From assembly GCA_050261235.1 (NCBI GenBank), contig JBLNDB010000096.1, positions 2,161 through 66,160 of the forward strand: a stretch of 64,000 nt of DNA, written 5' to 3'. The stretch comes from Chloroflexota bacterium. GTDB lineage: Bacteria; Bacillota; Sulfobacillia; JBFLWA01; JBLNDB01. The stretch's first letter is position 1. The number at the start of each line of letters is the position of its first letter. The notes below the pieces were generated by a model that saw nothing but the letters and a program-made list of their open reading frames with translations, searched no databases and was not told where the DNA came from. Below are positions 47,234 through 55,426 of this stretch, one piece after another. A program made the translations under genes and the position numbers.

Positions 47234-48319
47234 ATGAGCGAAAACCAGTCGTTACTCGATTACCTCGACAGATCCATCGGCGCGTTGTTTCACGACGCCT
47301 GGCGCGTCACCGGCGGCAATCCGGCGCAGGCAGCTTTCTTCCTGAAAATGCTCCGCTGGCAGGAGCAGGCGGGGCGCACCCGTCGCAAGTGGGAAGCCGA
47401 GGGCGTCCACGTCCCGCCCTTCCTGATCGCCAGCATCACACATCGCTGCAACCTGCAGTGCGTCGGCTGCTATGCCCGGGCTCAGCACCGCCGGGATGAA
47501 CCCGAGCTCAGTCCGGACAAGTTCCGCAGCGTGCTCGGTGAGGCGAGCGAACTCGGCGTTGGCATGGTCCTGATCGCCGGCGGCGAGCCCCTGACCCGAC
47601 CCGAGCTGTTGTCGGTCTGCGTCGAGTACCCGCGGCTGATGTTCCCGCTGTTCACCAACGGGATGCTGATCGATGACCAGCGAGTCGCCTTTTTCAGGCG
47701 GCACCGCAATTTGATGCCGGTCATCAGCATCGAGGGCCACGCCGGCGAGACGGATGGCCGCCGCGGCGCGGGAGTCCACCAGCATGCACTGGCGTTGGCG
47801 CGGCGGCTCAAGTCCGAGGGTGTCGCGTTCGGGATGTCGTTGACCGTGACCGCCGCCAACTGCTCGACAGTCACGGACCGGTCGTTCATAAACGATCTCA
47901 TCGACCGCGGCTGCCGCCTGTTCTTCTTCGTCGAGTACGTTCCCGTTCAGGAGGGAACCGACGCGCTGGTCCTGGCAGCCGGACAGCGGCTCGCCTTGCG
48001 GGCCGCGGCGGCGGACTTCCGCGCCCGCCTGCCGGGGCTGTTCATCACCTTCCCCGGCGATGAAGAAGAGGCCGGTGGTTGTCTTGCCGCCGGTCGGGGC
48101 TTCGTTCACATCAGTCCGGCGGGGCGCGTCGAGCCGTGCCCATTCGCCCCATACTCCGACGCCAGCCTGACCGAGATGTCCTTGAAGGACGCGCTGCAGT
48201 CGAATCTGCTCAGCGCGATCCGCGCGAACCACGACCAACTTCGCGAGACCAGATCCGGGTGCGCGCTCTGGGAGAGACGCGACTGGGTCAGGACGCTGCT
48301 CCCCGGTGGCGGGGAATAA
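47234..48319 (+). CDS. Radical SAM enzyme (CxxxCxxC) with a C-terminal Cys-containing extension, possibly SPASM/twitch-like; function unknown
   Basis: Radical SAM cluster motif ITHRCNLQCVGCY, the GGEPL glycine-rich SAM motif, and C-terminal cysteines (GGCLAAG...VEPCPF...SGCALW). An N-terminal extension of about 60 aa precedes the core. The ATG at 47234 follows aagggag. Confidence 0.8.
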   Translation: MSENQSLLDYLDRSIGALFHDAWRVTGGNPAQAAFFLKMLRWQEQAGRTRRKWEAEGVHVPPFLIASITHRCNLQCVGCYARAQHRRDEPELSPDKFRSVLGEASELGVGMVLIAGGEPLTRPELLSVCVEYPRLMFPLFTNGMLIDDQRVAFFRRHRNLMPVISIEGHAGETDGRRGAGVHQHALALARRLKSEGVAFGMSLTVTAANCSTVTDRSFINDLIDRGCRLFFFVEYVPVQEGTDALVLAAGQRLALRAAAADFRARLPGLFITFPGDEEEAGGCLAAGRGFVHISPAGRVEPCPFAPYSDASLTEMSLKDALQSNLLSAIRANHDQLRETRSGCALWERRDWVRTLLPGGGE

Positions 48320-48332
48320 GCAGGAAGACAGG

Positions 48333-48369
48333 CCGGGATGCAGAAATATACTGCATCCCGGTTCCTTTT
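48333..48369 (+). terminator. Strong rho-independent terminator (ccgggatgcag-aaatatact-gcatcccgg then ttcctttt)
   Basis: An 11-bp perfect stem and a T-rich tract, 14 nt after the radical SAM stop codon. Confidence 0.75.
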
Positions 48370-48871
48370 AAGTCAAAAAGCAGGATATCGATCGCCCGGT
48401 TTTTCGTCATTCTTGCAGCTAGTCGCACTATTTCCGCCATTTGTCAGCACAAAGTTCGCCAAACTCGACACCGCTCAGAAGGATATCCGAGTGGCTGGGC
48501 GAATATTAGTCCTCACCAAAGCTTCGAAAAGTGTGCCATATGTGGACGGTGGCTAATTAGCCCAGATTGGTCAATACATGGATATGAATTCGAGTTCGGA
48601 GAGCTGGTCCCGGCGCGTTTGAGGTGATTGTTGAATGGATGCGCTCTATCGTCAGAAACGCACTTCTCAGCCAATCGCACCGCGTCGACAGACTCCGATT
48701 TTTGATTTGCCGAAAGGGGGGTGAGAACGGCAGGCCATGTGTAGGTCCACCGGACCGCTGGTCTTTGCCGGATCAGTCGAAAAGCCAGGAAGGCAGGCGG
48801 TACTCATCGTGTCACTGCTGACCCTGACTCCCACTCAGGTTTCCCGGAAGAACTAGGGAGGAGGTGCTTCC

Positions 48872-49654
48872 TTGACTCTGCTCGCCAAGAATCAGTCAAC
48901 CACGTTCATTCTCGAGCTCCTGTTCTGCATCGGGTTGTTGCTGATGATCTCCCGTGCACGCGCAGGCAAGAAGGTCCCTGAGATCCGTAAGGTCAATGGT
49001 CTCGACGCTCTCGACGAAGCCATTGGTCGCGCCACTGAAATGGGCCGGCCGGTGCACTACTCGCCGGGTATCGGTGACCTCTCGAACTCCCAGACCCTCG
49101 CTTCGTTCTCACTGCTGGCCTACGTCGCCCGCATGTGCGCGAAGTACGACACCCGCCTCATCGTCACCAGCCGTACCGTTACCGTTACGCCGGTCATGGA
49201 AGAAATCGTCAAGGCTGCTTACACCGACATGAACAAGGCGGACAACTACAACCCGAACGACGTCCGCTTCCTGTCTGACGACCAGTTCGGTTACGCCTCT
49301 GGTTGCGTCGGTATCATGCAGCGCGAACAGGTCGCGGCCAACATTCTGTTTGGTGCGTTCTGGGCCGAGTCGCTGATCTTCGCCGAAGTCGGTTCGCAGA
49401 GCGGCGCCATTCAGATCTCCGGTACCGCCAACACCGCGCAGATCCCGTTCTTCGTCGCGGCTTGCGACTACACCCTGCTCGGCGAGGAAATGTACGCCGC
49501 CAGCGCTTACCTGTCACGTGACCCGGTTCTCGTCGGTAACCTCGTCGGTCAGGACTGGGGCAAGTGGTTCGCTGCGGCCGTCATCGCCGTTGGCGCCATC
49601 CTCGCCACCATCAACCCGAAGTCCAATCCGCTGTCCACTTGGCTCCTGAAGTAA
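48872..49654 (+). CDS. Hypothetical bitopic membrane protein (N-terminal TM, extracytoplasmic domain of about 190 aa, C-terminal TM); cluster gene 1
   Basis: TTG start 7 nt after GGGAGGAGG. No recognisable family. The codon usage is NNT/NNC-biased and differs from the window average (frequent cgt, ggt, gct, tct, acc), and GC is lower. Confidence 0.65.
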   Translation: MTLLAKNQSTTFILELLFCIGLLLMISRARAGKKVPEIRKVNGLDALDEAIGRATEMGRPVHYSPGIGDLSNSQTLASFSLLAYVARMCAKYDTRLIVTSRTVTVTPVMEEIVKAAYTDMNKADNYNPNDVRFLSDDQFGYASGCVGIMQREQVAANILFGAFWAESLIFAEVGSQSGAIQISGTANTAQIPFFVAACDYTLLGEEMYAASAYLSRDPVLVGNLVGQDWGKWFAAAVIAVGAILATINPKSNPLSTWLLK

Positions 49655-49680
49655 CCCCGAGCGAACGGAGGTGAGACGTT

Positions 49681-50301
49681 TTGCGTAAAGAAATTCCGCT
49701 TCTCATCACTTTGCTGGCTGGTCTGATTTACGTCATTGCTAACTTCTTCAGCGTTCCCATCGCGACGTCGGCAAAGAACACCCTGGATAGCTGGTTCCTC
49801 ATTTCTCAGGCGTTCGCCGTTCTGCTTGGCGTAACCAACCTGACCCTGATCCATCTGCGCAGCATCTCAACCCGCCGCACGGGTTGGGGCTTCAGCGTCG
49901 CGCTTCTCGTCTCGATGTACACCGTCATGATCTACGGCGCGTTCAAGACCGCTACGGATCCGTTCTTCAACACCATCTTCTTCAAGTCCATGATCAACGC
50001 GCTGTCAGGCACTATGTTCTCCCTGCTCGTGTTCTACATCACGTCGGCTGCCTACCGCGCGTTCCGCATTCGCTCGTTCGAGGCCTCGCTGCTCCTCATC
50101 ACGGCAGTCATCATCATGCTCGGCCGTGCTCCGGTCGGCGACCTCATCTCGCCCTGGCTCCCGAAGGCCACTAGCTGGCTGCTCGACATCCTTAACGTTG
50201 CAGGTATGCGCGGCATTCAGATCGGCGCTGCTCTTGGCGGTATTGCCACCGCGTTGAGAGTCGTCGTCGGTATCGAGCGCGCCTACCTTGCCGGCGAGTA
50301 A
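49681..50301 (+). CDS. Hypothetical polytopic membrane protein (about 5 TM helices, 206 aa); cluster gene 2
   Basis: Hydrophobic helices read directly. No recognisable family. Same codon bias as gene 1. Confidence 0.65.
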   Translation: MRKEIPLLITLLAGLIYVIANFFSVPIATSAKNTLDSWFLISQAFAVLLGVTNLTLIHLRSISTRRTGWGFSVALLVSMYTVMIYGAFKTATDPFFNTIFFKSMINALSGTMFSLLVFYITSAAYRAFRIRSFEASLLLITAVIIMLGRAPVGDLISPWLPKATSWLLDILNVAGMRGIQIGAALGGIATALRVVVGIERAYLAGE

Positions 50302-50314
50302 GGGAGGTACACGC

Positions 50315-51148
50315 ATGAACTTCTTTGACAGACTGCAGAAGATCGACCGCCGTGTCCTCTACGTCCTCCTCGCGATCGTGGTCACCTACGCTACGATCAA
50401 GCCGATGGGTCTGCCGATCAAGATCGGTAAGGAAACCCAGCAGACCTACGATTTCATCAACAATCTGCCGGCCGGCAGCACCGTCGTTCTGATGTTCGAC
50501 TATGGCGCTGACGCCATGCCGGAACTCCACACCAACGCTCTGGCCATTGGCAAGCTGCTCTTCTCCAAGGGCCACAAGGTCATCGGCGCTGCCATGTGGA
50601 ACACCGGCTCCGGCATGCTGAACATGTTCTTTGAGACCATGACCAAGGAGTTCCCGAACCTCGTCGAAGGCACTGACTGGGTCAACGTCGGCTACAAGCC
50701 GGGTGGACAGGTCTGGGCAGAAAAGACGACTGTCGACTTCATCGAAGCCTGCGCCGGCGTTGACGCGAACGGCAAGCCGCTCGCCTCGATGCCGATCTTC
50801 CAGGGCATCAAGACCTCGGCTGACACCGACCTCTTCATCGACCTCGCGGCCGGCAACCCCGGCATCGAAGAGCTGATCAAGACCGTCGGCGCCAAGGGCA
50901 CCCCGATCATCGGCGCGGTTACCGCCGTTTCCATCACTGGTCAGCTGCCGGCCCTCCAAGCTGGTCTGATCAAGGGCCTGCAGATGGGTATGCGCGGCGC
51001 CGCCGAAATGGAGCTCCTCGTCAACCGTCCGGACAAGGCTATCGCTGGCATGGACGCTCAGTCCCTTAGCCACGTGCTTCTCATTCTCTTCATCCTGCTC
51101 GGCAACATCGGCTACCTGGCCACCAGGCAGTCGGGCGCTAAGCGTTAG
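50315..51148 (+). CDS. Hypothetical bitopic membrane protein, a distant paralog of cluster gene 1; cluster gene 3
   Basis: The ATG at 50315 follows AGGGAGG. Same layout as gene 1 (TM, globular domain, TM) with scattered colinear similarity: HYSPGIG/FDYGADA, FAEVGSQSGAIQISGTANTAQIPFF/FIDLAAGNPGIEELIKTVGAKGTPII. Confidence 0.65.
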   Translation: MNFFDRLQKIDRRVLYVLLAIVVTYATIKPMGLPIKIGKETQQTYDFINNLPAGSTVVLMFDYGADAMPELHTNALAIGKLLFSKGHKVIGAAMWNTGSGMLNMFFETMTKEFPNLVEGTDWVNVGYKPGGQVWAEKTTVDFIEACAGVDANGKPLASMPIFQGIKTSADTDLFIDLAAGNPGIEELIKTVGAKGTPIIGAVTAVSITGQLPALQAGLIKGLQMGMRGAAEMELLVNRPDKAIAGMDAQSLSHVLLILFILLGNIGYLATRQSGAKR

Positions 51149-51162
51149 GAGGTGACACGACC

Positions 51163-51789
51163 TTGACAATGGAACAAGTCGGCGTTTGGATCGCCGCTGC
51201 TCTGACCCTGGCTCTCTACAGCTTCCTGTGGAAAGAGAACCCGGTCTATCGTCTGGCTGAGTACCTCTACGTCGGTATGGCTGCCGGTTACGGCGTCGTC
51301 GTCACCATCGACAGCTATATCCGCCCGACGATCAAGAACGACCTGATGACCGATGGCAAGTGGCTGCTCCTGATCCCGATCTGCCTCGGTCTCCTGGCCT
51401 ACGCCCGTTTCGTCAAGCCGATCGCGTTCCTCGCCCGCTGGACGATGGCGTTCTGGCTCGGCGTCGGCGCCGGTATGGTTCTGACCCGTGACTTCCGCCC
51501 GCAGTTCATCGTCGCGTTGACCGCTACCTTCAAGCCGCTCTTCGTGGCCGGTAAGGTCGGCGTCAGCATCAACAACATCCTGCTCGTCGTCGGTGTCATC
51601 ACCTCCCTGATGTACTTCTTCTTCACCACGAAGCGCACCGGCATCATGGCCGGTGGTGCGAAGATCGGTCGCTGGGTGATGATGGTCGCCTTCGGCGCTG
51701 CCTTCGGCAACACCGTTATGGCCCGCGTCTCGCTCTTCCTCGGCCGCATGCAGTTCCTGCTCATCGACTGGCTCAAGGTCGTCAAGTAG
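51163..51789 (+). CDS. Hypothetical polytopic membrane protein (about 6 TM helices, 208 aa), a probable counterpart of cluster gene 2; cluster gene 4
   Basis: TTG start 7 nt after GGAGGTGA. Intergenic gaps are tight (13-26 nt), implying one operon together with genes 1-3. Confidence 0.65.
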   Translation: MTMEQVGVWIAAALTLALYSFLWKENPVYRLAEYLYVGMAAGYGVVVTIDSYIRPTIKNDLMTDGKWLLLIPICLGLLAYARFVKPIAFLARWTMAFWLGVGAGMVLTRDFRPQFIVALTATFKPLFVAGKVGVSINNILLVVGVITSLMYFFFTTKRTGIMAGGAKIGRWVMMVAFGAAFGNTVMARVSLFLGRMQFLLIDWLKVVK

Positions 51790-51953
51790 GCATTGCAATC
51801 AGGGACTCGCTGGACGGCTCCCCTCACGGGGAGCCGTCTTTCTTTCGCCCGCGACCGGTGCTGCGGTATGCAGATGTCTCGCAGCAGGGGTCGCGCCGCC
51901 GGACGGCGAAGCCCATCTCCGGTGATGACCCATCCGAACTGGGGGAAACGAGC

Positions 51954-52757
51954 GTGAGCAAGCAGCCGATTGGCTTTTTCGATTCCGGCCTCGGCGGTCT
52001 GACGGTCGCGCGGGCTGTCAGTGAACTGCTGCCGGGCGAGGACCTTGTCTACATCGGCGATTCCGGACGCTGCCCGTACGGACCACGCCCGGCTGACGAG
52101 GTCAGGCGCTTCAGCCTGCAGATTCTCGACCGTCTGGCCGCTGAGCACGTCAAGCTGGCGATCGTTGCCTGCAATACGGCCACCGCTGCCCTGATGGCCG
52201 CCTGGCCGACCGCCTACCCGTTTCCGGTGCTGGGCGTCATCGGTCCCGGCGCCCGCGCTGCGGTGGCTGCAACCCGCACCGGCCGGATCGGGCTGATTGC
52301 AACCGAGGGAACGGTGAGAAGCGGCGCCTATGCGCAGGCCATCAGCGAACTGAATGGCGATGCGCAGGTGTTCGGCCAGGGCTGTCCCAAATTCGTCGCA
52401 GCGGTCGAAGCCGGCCTCAGCCAATGGGCGCCGGAAGTCGTCGCGGCCGCCCGGGAGTACATCAGGCCGCTGCTCGGTCAGGGCATCGACACGCTGATCC
52501 TCGGCTGCACGCACTTCCCGCACCTTGCCGGCGTAATCGGCCAGGTCGCCGGTCCGGGCGTGACGCTGGTCGACCCGGCGGGAGAGGTCGCGGCCGAGGC
52601 CCGGAGCCTGCTGGCTGCCGCCGGCCAACTTGCGCCAGCCGACGGCCGGGCCCCGCTCCGGCGCTTCTACACAAGCGGCGACCCCGAGGTGTTCGTGAAA
52701 CTGGGCAATGTCCTCTGGCCGGACGGGGTCCCGGACTGCCAGCAAATCGCATTCTGA
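51954..52757 (+). CDS. murI: Glutamate racemase
   Basis: Signatures PIGFFDSGLGGLTV, ACNTAT and the GCTHFP catalytic cysteine motif. The track ORF begins at 51858, but a GTG near 51954 gives the canonical N-terminus. My reading of the printed bases around 51890-51905 is one base out of register with the track translation, so this coordinate carries that uncertainty. Confidence 0.75.
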   Translation: MSKQPIGFFDSGLGGLTVARAVSELLPGEDLVYIGDSGRCPYGPRPADEVRRFSLQILDRLAAEHVKLAIVACNTATAALMAAWPTAYPFPVLGVIGPGARAAVAATRTGRIGLIATEGTVRSGAYAQAISELNGDAQVFGQGCPKFVAAVEAGLSQWAPEVVAAAREYIRPLLGQGIDTLILGCTHFPHLAGVIGQVAGPGVTLVDPAGEVAAEARSLLAAAGQLAPADGRAPLRRFYTSGDPEVFVKLGNVLWPDGVPDCQQIAF

Positions 52758-52856
52758 GTCCGCACTACGCGAGACGACCGCGGGTTTTGCCCGCGGTCGT
52801 CTGAATTCTCACCTCGGCTGATTCGCCGGCGGTGACGGATCTGTGTCGCAATGCGC

Positions 52857-53666
52857 CTAGAGCCCGCATGCCATCAGGACGGGTCGGTCATCGCCGTCAC
52901 TCAGTTGCATGCTACCAAGGTCGCGGAGCTCGCGGAACCCCCGCCTGGCGAAGAAGCTCGCCGGGCCGTTGGGAAACGGCGTCCGCCGGCCGGCGACGAC
53001 GAGCACTCGCCGGTACCCCTGGCGCGGCAGGTCCGTCAGCAAGCGGTCGAGCAGCGCGCCCCGATAGTCCGGCTGCCGCGTCGGGTAGATGCACGTGATG
53101 AAGGCGTCATCCCGGGCGGCGACGCGCAGTGGATAGGGCACGTCAGACGCCGGCAGGACCTCGACGGCCGCCACCGGCTGCCCGCCGGCGTAGGCGATGT
53201 ACCCAAGCGCCGCTGTCGGCGTCCGGGCTTCGCGATCGGCCAGCCAATCCATCTTGAGGCTGCACCCTGCGCCTGCGGGCGCATTGCAGAGAACGCATGT
53301 ATCGCCGCTGTTCGCGGCAGTCAGCAGGTCGATCCGCTCCGACTGTGCCTCCACTGCCGACCCGCCGGCCTCGCTCTCTTCCGGGCCATCCGCCCCGCCG
53401 TCGCCGGCGTCCTCGACCGGCGGTGAGTTGACAAGCCGCGTCAGAGTGGCGGCCCGCAGCGGCGCCGAGACGCGGATGCGATCGTCGATGATCGTCAGGA
53501 ACGGGGCGAAGAGCCCGTGCTTGTCGGCAATCTCAGGGCGACCCGTGACGTCCCTGACCGCGACCGTACCGCCAAGTTCCGCGGCTGCCTGACGGGCCTG
53601 ATCGACTACCCAGGGCAACCATGGGCACTGTCCACCGAAGTGCAGAACCAAGACGCTGTGTGGCAT
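52857..53666 (-). CDS. Fusion protein: thioredoxin-like/ArsC-like N-terminal domain plus C-terminal GNAT acetyltransferase
   Basis: N-terminal CPW-containing thioredoxin-like fold (VLVLHFGGQCPWLPW), an acidic linker, and a C-terminal GNAT motif (RRVLVVAGRR...NGPASFFARRGF). Confidence 0.6.
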   Translation of the reverse strand: MPHSVLVLHFGGQCPWLPWVVDQARQAAAELGGTVAVRDVTGRPEIADKHGLFAPFLTIIDDRIRVSAPLRAATLTRLVNSPPVEDAGDGGADGPEESEAGGSAVEAQSERIDLLTAANSGDTCVLCNAPAGAGCSLKMDWLADREARTPTAALGYIAYAGGQPVAAVEVLPASDVPYPLRVAARDDAFITCIYPTRQPDYRGALLDRLLTDLPRQGYRRVLVVAGRRTPFPNGPASFFARRGFRELRDLGSMQLSDGDDRPVLMACGL

Positions 53667-53687
53667 GTCTCTCCCCCGGCGGCCCCG

Positions 53688-53927
53688 TCAGGATCTTGCG
53701 GCCAGCCACTGCTTGATCTCGGCCAGCGCGGGCACACGACCGTATGCGACGACCTTGCCGTCGATCACCAGACCCGGTGTCCGCATCACGCCGTAGGCCA
53801 TGATGCCGGACATGTCGGTGACCTTCTCGATGCTTGCCTCGATGCCCAGCGCCTGAGTCGCCTCGTGCACCAGTTTGTCGAGCTTGACGCAGTTCGCGCA
53901 GCCGGGACCGAGAACTTTGATGTCCAT
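53688..53927 (-). CDS. Thioredoxin-family small protein (redox-active disulfide protein 2, CxxC)
   Basis: MDIKVLGPGCANCVKL...: a protein of about 79 aa with a CANC motif. It is the kind usually paired with DUF318 permeases. Confidence 0.7.
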   Translation of the reverse strand: MDIKVLGPGCANCVKLDKLVHEATQALGIEASIEKVTDMSGIMAYGVMRTPGLVIDGKVVAYGRVPALAEIKQWLAARS

Positions 53928-53938
53928 CCGGACACCCC

Positions 53939-54901
53939 CTAGGCGATGATGTTGAACAGGAACCCGACAACGGTGATTGCCGCCGCGGTAAGGCCGACGA
54001 ACACGGCCAGCAACTTCGGCTTGATGACCTGCCGCAGGAGGATGATCTCCGGCAACGAGAGCGCCACCGTCGACATCATGAAAGCGAGGACGGTGCCGAG
54101 CGCCACCCCCTTCGCGAGCAACGCCTGGGCAATCGGCATGATGCCGATGTCATTGGCGTAGAGCGGCACGCCAATCGCGACGGCCACGGGGATGGCGAGC
54201 GGATTGCGAGGACCGGCGTAGCGGGTCAGCAGGTCGGCGGGGGCGTAGCCGTGGATCAGGGCACCAATGCCGATGCCGATGATGACGTACAGCCAGACCC
54301 GACTGACGATTGTCCGCACCTCGGCGGTCGCGTACCGCACGCGGTCGCGCCAGGTCAGCGCGGCACCGGCCACCGCCAGTTCACCGACCTCGATGTTGCG
54401 AACGAATCCTTCTATCTGGTCATCCATCTTCAGCCGCCCGATCAGCATGCCACAGGCCACCGCGATGACCACGCCGGCGATGATGTACAGCGTGGCGATG
54501 CGCGGTCCGAACAGGGCGAACAGCATCAGCATCGAGACATCGTCAACGAGCGGTGATGAGATCAGGAACGAGAACACCACCGGCAACGGCAGGCCCGCCC
54601 TGACGAAGCCGATGAACAGCGGCACCGATGAGCAGCTGCAGAACGGCGTGATCACACCCAACAGCGCCGCCAGGACGGAGCCCCAGAACTCGCCGAAGCG
54701 ACCGAGCGCCTTGCGGGCCGCCTCCGGCGGGAAGAAGCTGCGCAAGTACCCAACCGAGAAGACCATCACGATCAGCAGGAATATCAGCTTGATGCTGTCG
54801 TAGACGAAGAAGTTGGCTGACTCCGCAATCGCCGTTCCGCGGGCAAGACCGAACAGCGAGTAGATCAGCCAATCAGCAAAGGCCTTGATCAACCATGCCA
54901 C
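53939..54901 (-). CDS. DUF318/ArsP-like permease with a TPFCSCSS motif (putative organoarsenical/metalloid efflux permease)
   Basis: Eight TM helices and the TPFCSC motif that is characteristic of ArsP-type permeases. Confidence 0.75.
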   Translation of the reverse strand: MAWLIKAFADWLIYSLFGLARGTAIAESANFFVYDSIKLIFLLIVMVFSVGYLRSFFPPEAARKALGRFGEFWGSVLAALLGVITPFCSCSSVPLFIGFVRAGLPLPVVFSFLISSPLVDDVSMLMLFALFGPRIATLYIIAGVVIAVACGMLIGRLKMDDQIEGFVRNIEVGELAVAGAALTWRDRVRYATAEVRTIVSRVWLYVIIGIGIGALIHGYAPADLLTRYAGPRNPLAIPVAVAIGVPLYANDIGIMPIAQALLAKGVALGTVLAFMMSTVALSLPEIILLRQVIKPKLLAVFVGLTAAAITVVGFLFNIIA

Positions 54902-55281
54902 CCCCAGTCAGGTTTCACACGGTCATGGCACTGGATCGGCGGTCGTGCGCGCACTGCCGCCAGCCGGGCACGAAAGTCGGGATCATCGTCCGGCATGCCG
55001 GCGCCCCTGGCCAGCGCTTGCAGATCGGCAAGCAGGCCACAAAGCTGGTCAGGCACGAGTGACTGCAATGACCACTGACCCTCGCGCCGCTCCGCCACCA
55101 GTCCGGCCTCCTTGAGCACCTTCAGATGCTGCGAGATTGCCGGTTGGGTCAGGGCCAGCATCTGCTCCAGTTCACAGACGCACAGTTCGCCTGCGGCGAG
55201 TGCGGCGATGATCTTCAACCTTACCGGCTGTCCCAACGCCCGGTACGCCTTGGCAAGCGCGGGCCAGTCACGCATGGCCAA
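54889..55281 (-). CDS. arsR: ArsR/SmtB family metalloregulatory transcription factor
   Basis: Winged helix-turn-helix with the metal-site motif ELCVCEL. It overlaps the permease start and is the first gene of the unit. Confidence 0.8.
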   Translation of the reverse strand: MAMRDWPALAKAYRALGQPVRLKIIAALAAGELCVCELEQMLALTQPAISQHLKVLKEAGLVAERREGQWSLQSLVPDQLCGLLADLQALARGAGMPDDDPDFRARLAAVRARPPIQCHDRVKPDWGWHG

Positions 55282-55426
55282 TCACCCCCTGGATTCCCAA
55301 TAATAAATAAGCATTTCCTTATGAAATATCCTACTTCCCGTGCCCCCGCCCTGTCAATCGGTCAGTCAGCGCAGGACACCGCCGCAGCGGGCGCGAATAC
55401 CATCGGAGCAAGAAACGGAGGCCACT

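Noticed and set aside
48338-48556. A 72-aa plus-strand ORF beginning inside the terminator hairpin after the radical SAM gene
   Set aside because: It starts within the stem of a strong intrinsic terminator and has no ribosome-binding site. Its composition mirrors the AT-rich spacer. It is unlikely to be expressed. The RBS-preceded ORF at 48639-48821 is the better small-peptide candidate.
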